The notes beneath the pieces are model-generated. The model ran no database searches and was not told the DNA's origin. It saw only the letters and a list, made by a program, of their open reading frames with translations. Positions 25,357 through 27,995 of a stretch of 27,995 nucleotides of DNA are shown here, in pieces. The stretch comes from a virus (taxonomy: Duplodnaviria; Caudoviricetes): the IMG/VR virus record IMGVR_UViG_3300032006_000066, positions 1 through 27,995 of that record; one strand, 5' to 3'. Within the stretch, counting starts at the first letter, position 1, and every line of letters starts with the position of its first letter. A program made the position numbers and the translations under genes.

Positions 25357-25803
25357 TTACGCATTAGCATCGCTAGAAACAGGTGCGTGTAAAGGTATTC
25401 CTTTAATCACCGTTGCTCCAACGATAGTTCCTGTGCTGTGTGTTCCTGTTGCGACTATTCTACCACGAATATATCTTGAACCCCCAACATAGCCAATACC
25501 ATAAACAGCAGAACATTCTCCGTTTGCGTCAATAGTTTGGAATATGCCAGAAGAATCAACAGTTCCCCCAGTAACTGAAGTATTAGCTGTTACAGCAGTA
25601 TATGTTGAATCGTCACTTGATTCCTGAATAATCAGGTCAAATTTAACAGAACCACTAAAAGTGTCTCCGTTTGCGCCGATGTCAAATAATAAAGCCGCAC
25701 CATCAAAACCTTGAAGGTCTACTCCAGTAGTATTACCAGTTGATGTAACAACCACAGGTGCGTGAGATTTAACGAATTTAAGATTATTTTTAATGTCTTG
25801 CAT
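25357..25803 (-). CDS. Putative capsid decoration/cement protein
   Basis: Directly after MCP. GVDLQGF, IQESSD....TAV, GYVG..RYIR. SD GAGGAGG. Confidence 0.75.
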   Translation of the reverse strand: MQDIKNNLKFVKSHAPVVVTSTGNTTGVDLQGFDGAALLFDIGANGDTFSGSVKFDLIIQESSDDSTYTAVTANTSVTGGTVDSSGIFQTIDANGECSAVYGIGYVGGSRYIRGRIVATGTHSTGTIVGATVIKGIPLHAPVSSDANA

Positions 25804-25823
25804 TGTTCTATCCTCCTCTGTGA

Positions 25824-27050
25824 TTATGCTTTACATTGTAGAATGTGTAATGCTTCAGGTAAAATAACCTGACCGCCTACTCTTCTTCTAGCAATGTATC
25901 TTACATTTCCTGATGTTGCCTGAGTGAAAGGATCTCTCATTATTGAAAGAGAAGTTCTATCTACAATCATATAACCTCGTCTGAAGTCTCCCCAGTAAAC
26001 TGGTTTTGTAGATGAGCCAATGTCTGCCGCGTCTGTCGCTTCAACATAAGGCGCACCCAAGATTGTATTAGGTACTCCTACTTGCAATGAGAAACCTGCT
26101 TGGAATACATAATTACCAGCACCATCTTGCATTTTTCTAATTGCTGCAAGTGTGCTTCTATTAAATACCCAAGTTCCATTTCTGGAATATTGTGGTTTCA
26201 CTGCGTGGTATACAGTTATTAAATCATTAGCTACAAATGTTGCACTTGTAGTTGTAGATGTTGTAACTGATACATCAGAGTTTGTTACTATTCCTTCAGG
26301 TTTTCCTACTGAATTACCTGTGCAGAACGCATTACCCTCGGCTTTTGCAAATTGCTCTGCAAATTCTGTAGACATTTCAGTTTCTAAATTGAAGACTGAA
26401 TCTTCTAATTCTTGTTCTGATATGTCAATAAGAGCATATAGTTCGTGCGTTGGAATTTCCTCTAGACCTACTGCGTAGCCAGTCGTTTCACTTCTCGTAC
26501 CAGATTCAGCGACCCAAGAAGCACTAAATGTTGCAGTTCTTTTTGGAATCTGTACTGATCTGTGAGTAGTGTTACGTACTCTAGCAATTGATCTAATAGG
26601 AGATATTTCAACAATACCTTTAATTAACTCTCTGATGTACTCAGGTGGAGCTAAATATCCAGCAGTGTTGTCGTTAGATGCTGTTAGGACTTTAATTTCT
26701 TCTGGTCCTAAAGCTTCTTTGCCTTGTCTTAACCATTTTTTGTAGATTTCCATTTCTTTGGATTCAGGTTTTACTCCTACAATCTTTCCGAAATCTGGTC
26801 TACTAATAATAGTCTCGATTTTATTGAGCTGGTCTTGTTGTTGCTCTTGTGCAAGTTTTTGCTTTGTCACTTTTTGGTTTACATCTTCCAAAGTATCAAG
26901 AGTTTTTTCAATTCTCTTTAACTTGTCAGAAGTAACCACGTCAGCAGAACCTTTAGCTTTAATTTGCTTTAGTTCTTCTTGGTGAGTAGCTTTGAACTCT
27001 TCAAAAGCTTTTCCTAGACCCTCAACGGCAGTTTTCACTTGTGTGTCCAT
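25824..27050 (-). CDS. Major capsid protein, HK97 fold with N-terminal coiled-coil delta domain
   Basis: AGYLAPPE, SPIRSIA, WVAE, E..AF..GN..GKP.GI, GDFRRGY.IVDR, RDPFT, RRVGG. Confidence 0.96.
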   Translation of the reverse strand: MDTQVKTAVEGLGKAFEEFKATHQEELKQIKAKGSADVVTSDKLKRIEKTLDTLEDVNQKVTKQKLAQEQQQDQLNKIETIISRPDFGKIVGVKPESKEMEIYKKWLRQGKEALGPEEIKVLTASNDNTAGYLAPPEYIRELIKGIVEISPIRSIARVRNTTHRSVQIPKRTATFSASWVAESGTRSETTGYAVGLEEIPTHELYALIDISEQELEDSVFNLETEMSTEFAEQFAKAEGNAFCTGNSVGKPEGIVTNSDVSVTTSTTTSATFVANDLITVYHAVKPQYSRNGTWVFNRSTLAAIRKMQDGAGNYVFQAGFSLQVGVPNTILGAPYVEATDAADIGSSTKPVYWGDFRRGYMIVDRTSLSIMRDPFTQATSGNVRYIARRRVGGQVILPEALHILQCKA

Positions 27051-27069
27051 TGTGATTTCCTCCGTTAGA

Positions 27070-27972
27070 CTATTTGTTTAATATGTCAGCAACTCTTTGA
27101 ATAAGATTTGCTAACTGTTTAGTTTCATCATCATCTCGATGGTTTAGAGCATCCATTAGTGCTTTCGCCCCAATTTTTGCTTCTGTTCGTGAAAGACCTC
27201 CTGCATCACGCAGAATTGTTTCCCACTCACGAATATTTTTGTTACCTTTTACTGAACGTACAACTGCTTGTTCATTCATTGGAAAAGTAACTAAACTTAT
27301 TTCAAGTAATTCAACTTCTTTCAAAGTTCTTACTCTTTTAGCTTCATTGTATGTTTGTTTTTGTGGGTCGGCTCTAAAACCAATTGACATACCGTCAATA
27401 GCTCCTAATTTAAGAAGTTCATAAGTTTCACTTCCTCTTTGCGTTCCCATAGCTAATTTACCTTTTACATAAAGACCTTTATCATCTTCATACATAGTTT
27501 CAAATATTCCTATTGGTTCATCTGTTTTATGTTGAGATAATAATTTAACTTTATGAGCAGGTCTTTCTGATAAACTTTTTGTAAAAGCTCCTTTAGCAAT
27601 TATATCATTACCTTGATCTACATTCCCAAATGTAGAAGCATAACCACTAAATACTCCTCTTTCGTCTGATTTAATTTCTGCTTCAAAAATAATTTGACTT
27701 GTTTTGTCACACATACAAACACCATCACAACAATCTTTATCTTCGTGTGCTTTATTTGTATCCTGTGCTTTAGCTTTGTCTTTAGACTTACCTATAGCTT
27801 CTTCATATTCCTCGTGTGAACCACAAGGCATATAAAATACATTTCCATCTTTATCTCTCATTCTGTGCGTGCCTGTGCAACCTATTTCTCCTGCTCTTGC
27901 AATTGCCGCATCTTCTCTATCAAAATGATCGGTTTCTTTTTTTACTGGTTTTTTTTCTTTTGAATTATCCAT
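27070..27972 (-). CDS. HK97-family prohead protease with N-terminal Cys/His extension
   Basis: FSGYASTFGNVD, LLSQH....PIG, GMSIGF, EISLVTFPMN. SD AAGGAGG. Confidence 0.94.
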   Translation of the reverse strand: MDNSKEKKPVKKETDHFDREDAAIARAGEIGCTGTHRMRDKDGNVFYMPCGSHEEYEEAIGKSKDKAKAQDTNKAHEDKDCCDGVCMCDKTSQIIFEAEIKSDERGVFSGYASTFGNVDQGNDIIAKGAFTKSLSERPAHKVKLLSQHKTDEPIGIFETMYEDDKGLYVKGKLAMGTQRGSETYELLKLGAIDGMSIGFRADPQKQTYNEAKRVRTLKEVELLEISLVTFPMNEQAVVRSVKGNKNIREWETILRDAGGLSRTEAKIGAKALMDALNHRDDDETKQLANLIQRVADILNK

Positions 27973-27995
27973 TGATATTTCCTCCTTATTATCTT

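Noticed and set aside
1393-27424. + strand ORFs opposite well-supported genes (1393, 3704, 4574, 13305, 16496, 17761, 19930, 21028, 22482, 24942, 26152, 26758, 27239)
   Set aside because: Antisense shadows with no motifs. Those at 3704, 17761 and 24942 are Phe-rich mirrors of real Lys-rich minus-strand ORFs.
18847-27972. Gene transfer agent
   Set aside because: Head-tail genes are GTA-like, but the 666-aa tape measure, lambda-like tip, many accessory genes and linked lysis module fit a phage.
1-27995. CRISPR array, tRNA, rRNA, integrase, transposase, intron or intein
   Set aside because: No regularly spaced repeats, cloverleaf or recombinase motifs seen. Intergenic gaps are too short, and core proteins show no intein-like interruptions.

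Overview
AT-rich (roughly 30% GC by eye) late region of a tailed phage with an HK97-type head and a non-contractile (siphovirus, GTA-like) tail. Almost all genes are on the minus strand. Right to left: prohead protease, major capsid, cement, head-tail connectors, tail terminator, tail tube, a tail assembly chaperone with an unannotated -1 frameshift extension, tape measure, Dit, an inserted block of small membrane/Cys-rich genes, hub, NlpC-like and J-like tip proteins. Next come three small fibre adaptors and three paralogous Gly/Pro/Cys-rich fibre-like proteins with a partner protein. These are followed directly by four 2OG-Fe(II) oxygenase-fold genes and a GT-A glycosyltransferase, then an M15 endolysin, putative holin, cupin, metallophosphoesterase and HExxH protein. 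Two + strand genes converge at the left end. Composition and accessory gene style suggest a marine alphaproteobacterial (SAR11-like) host, which is inference. The best candidate for a novel system is a phage-encoded hydroxylation/glycosylation pathway for its own fibres. Also notable are several unannotated highly basic microproteins (one ArfA-like), a recurring promoter architecture, and several structured intergenic RNA candidates. All family assignments come from motif recognition, with no database searches run.
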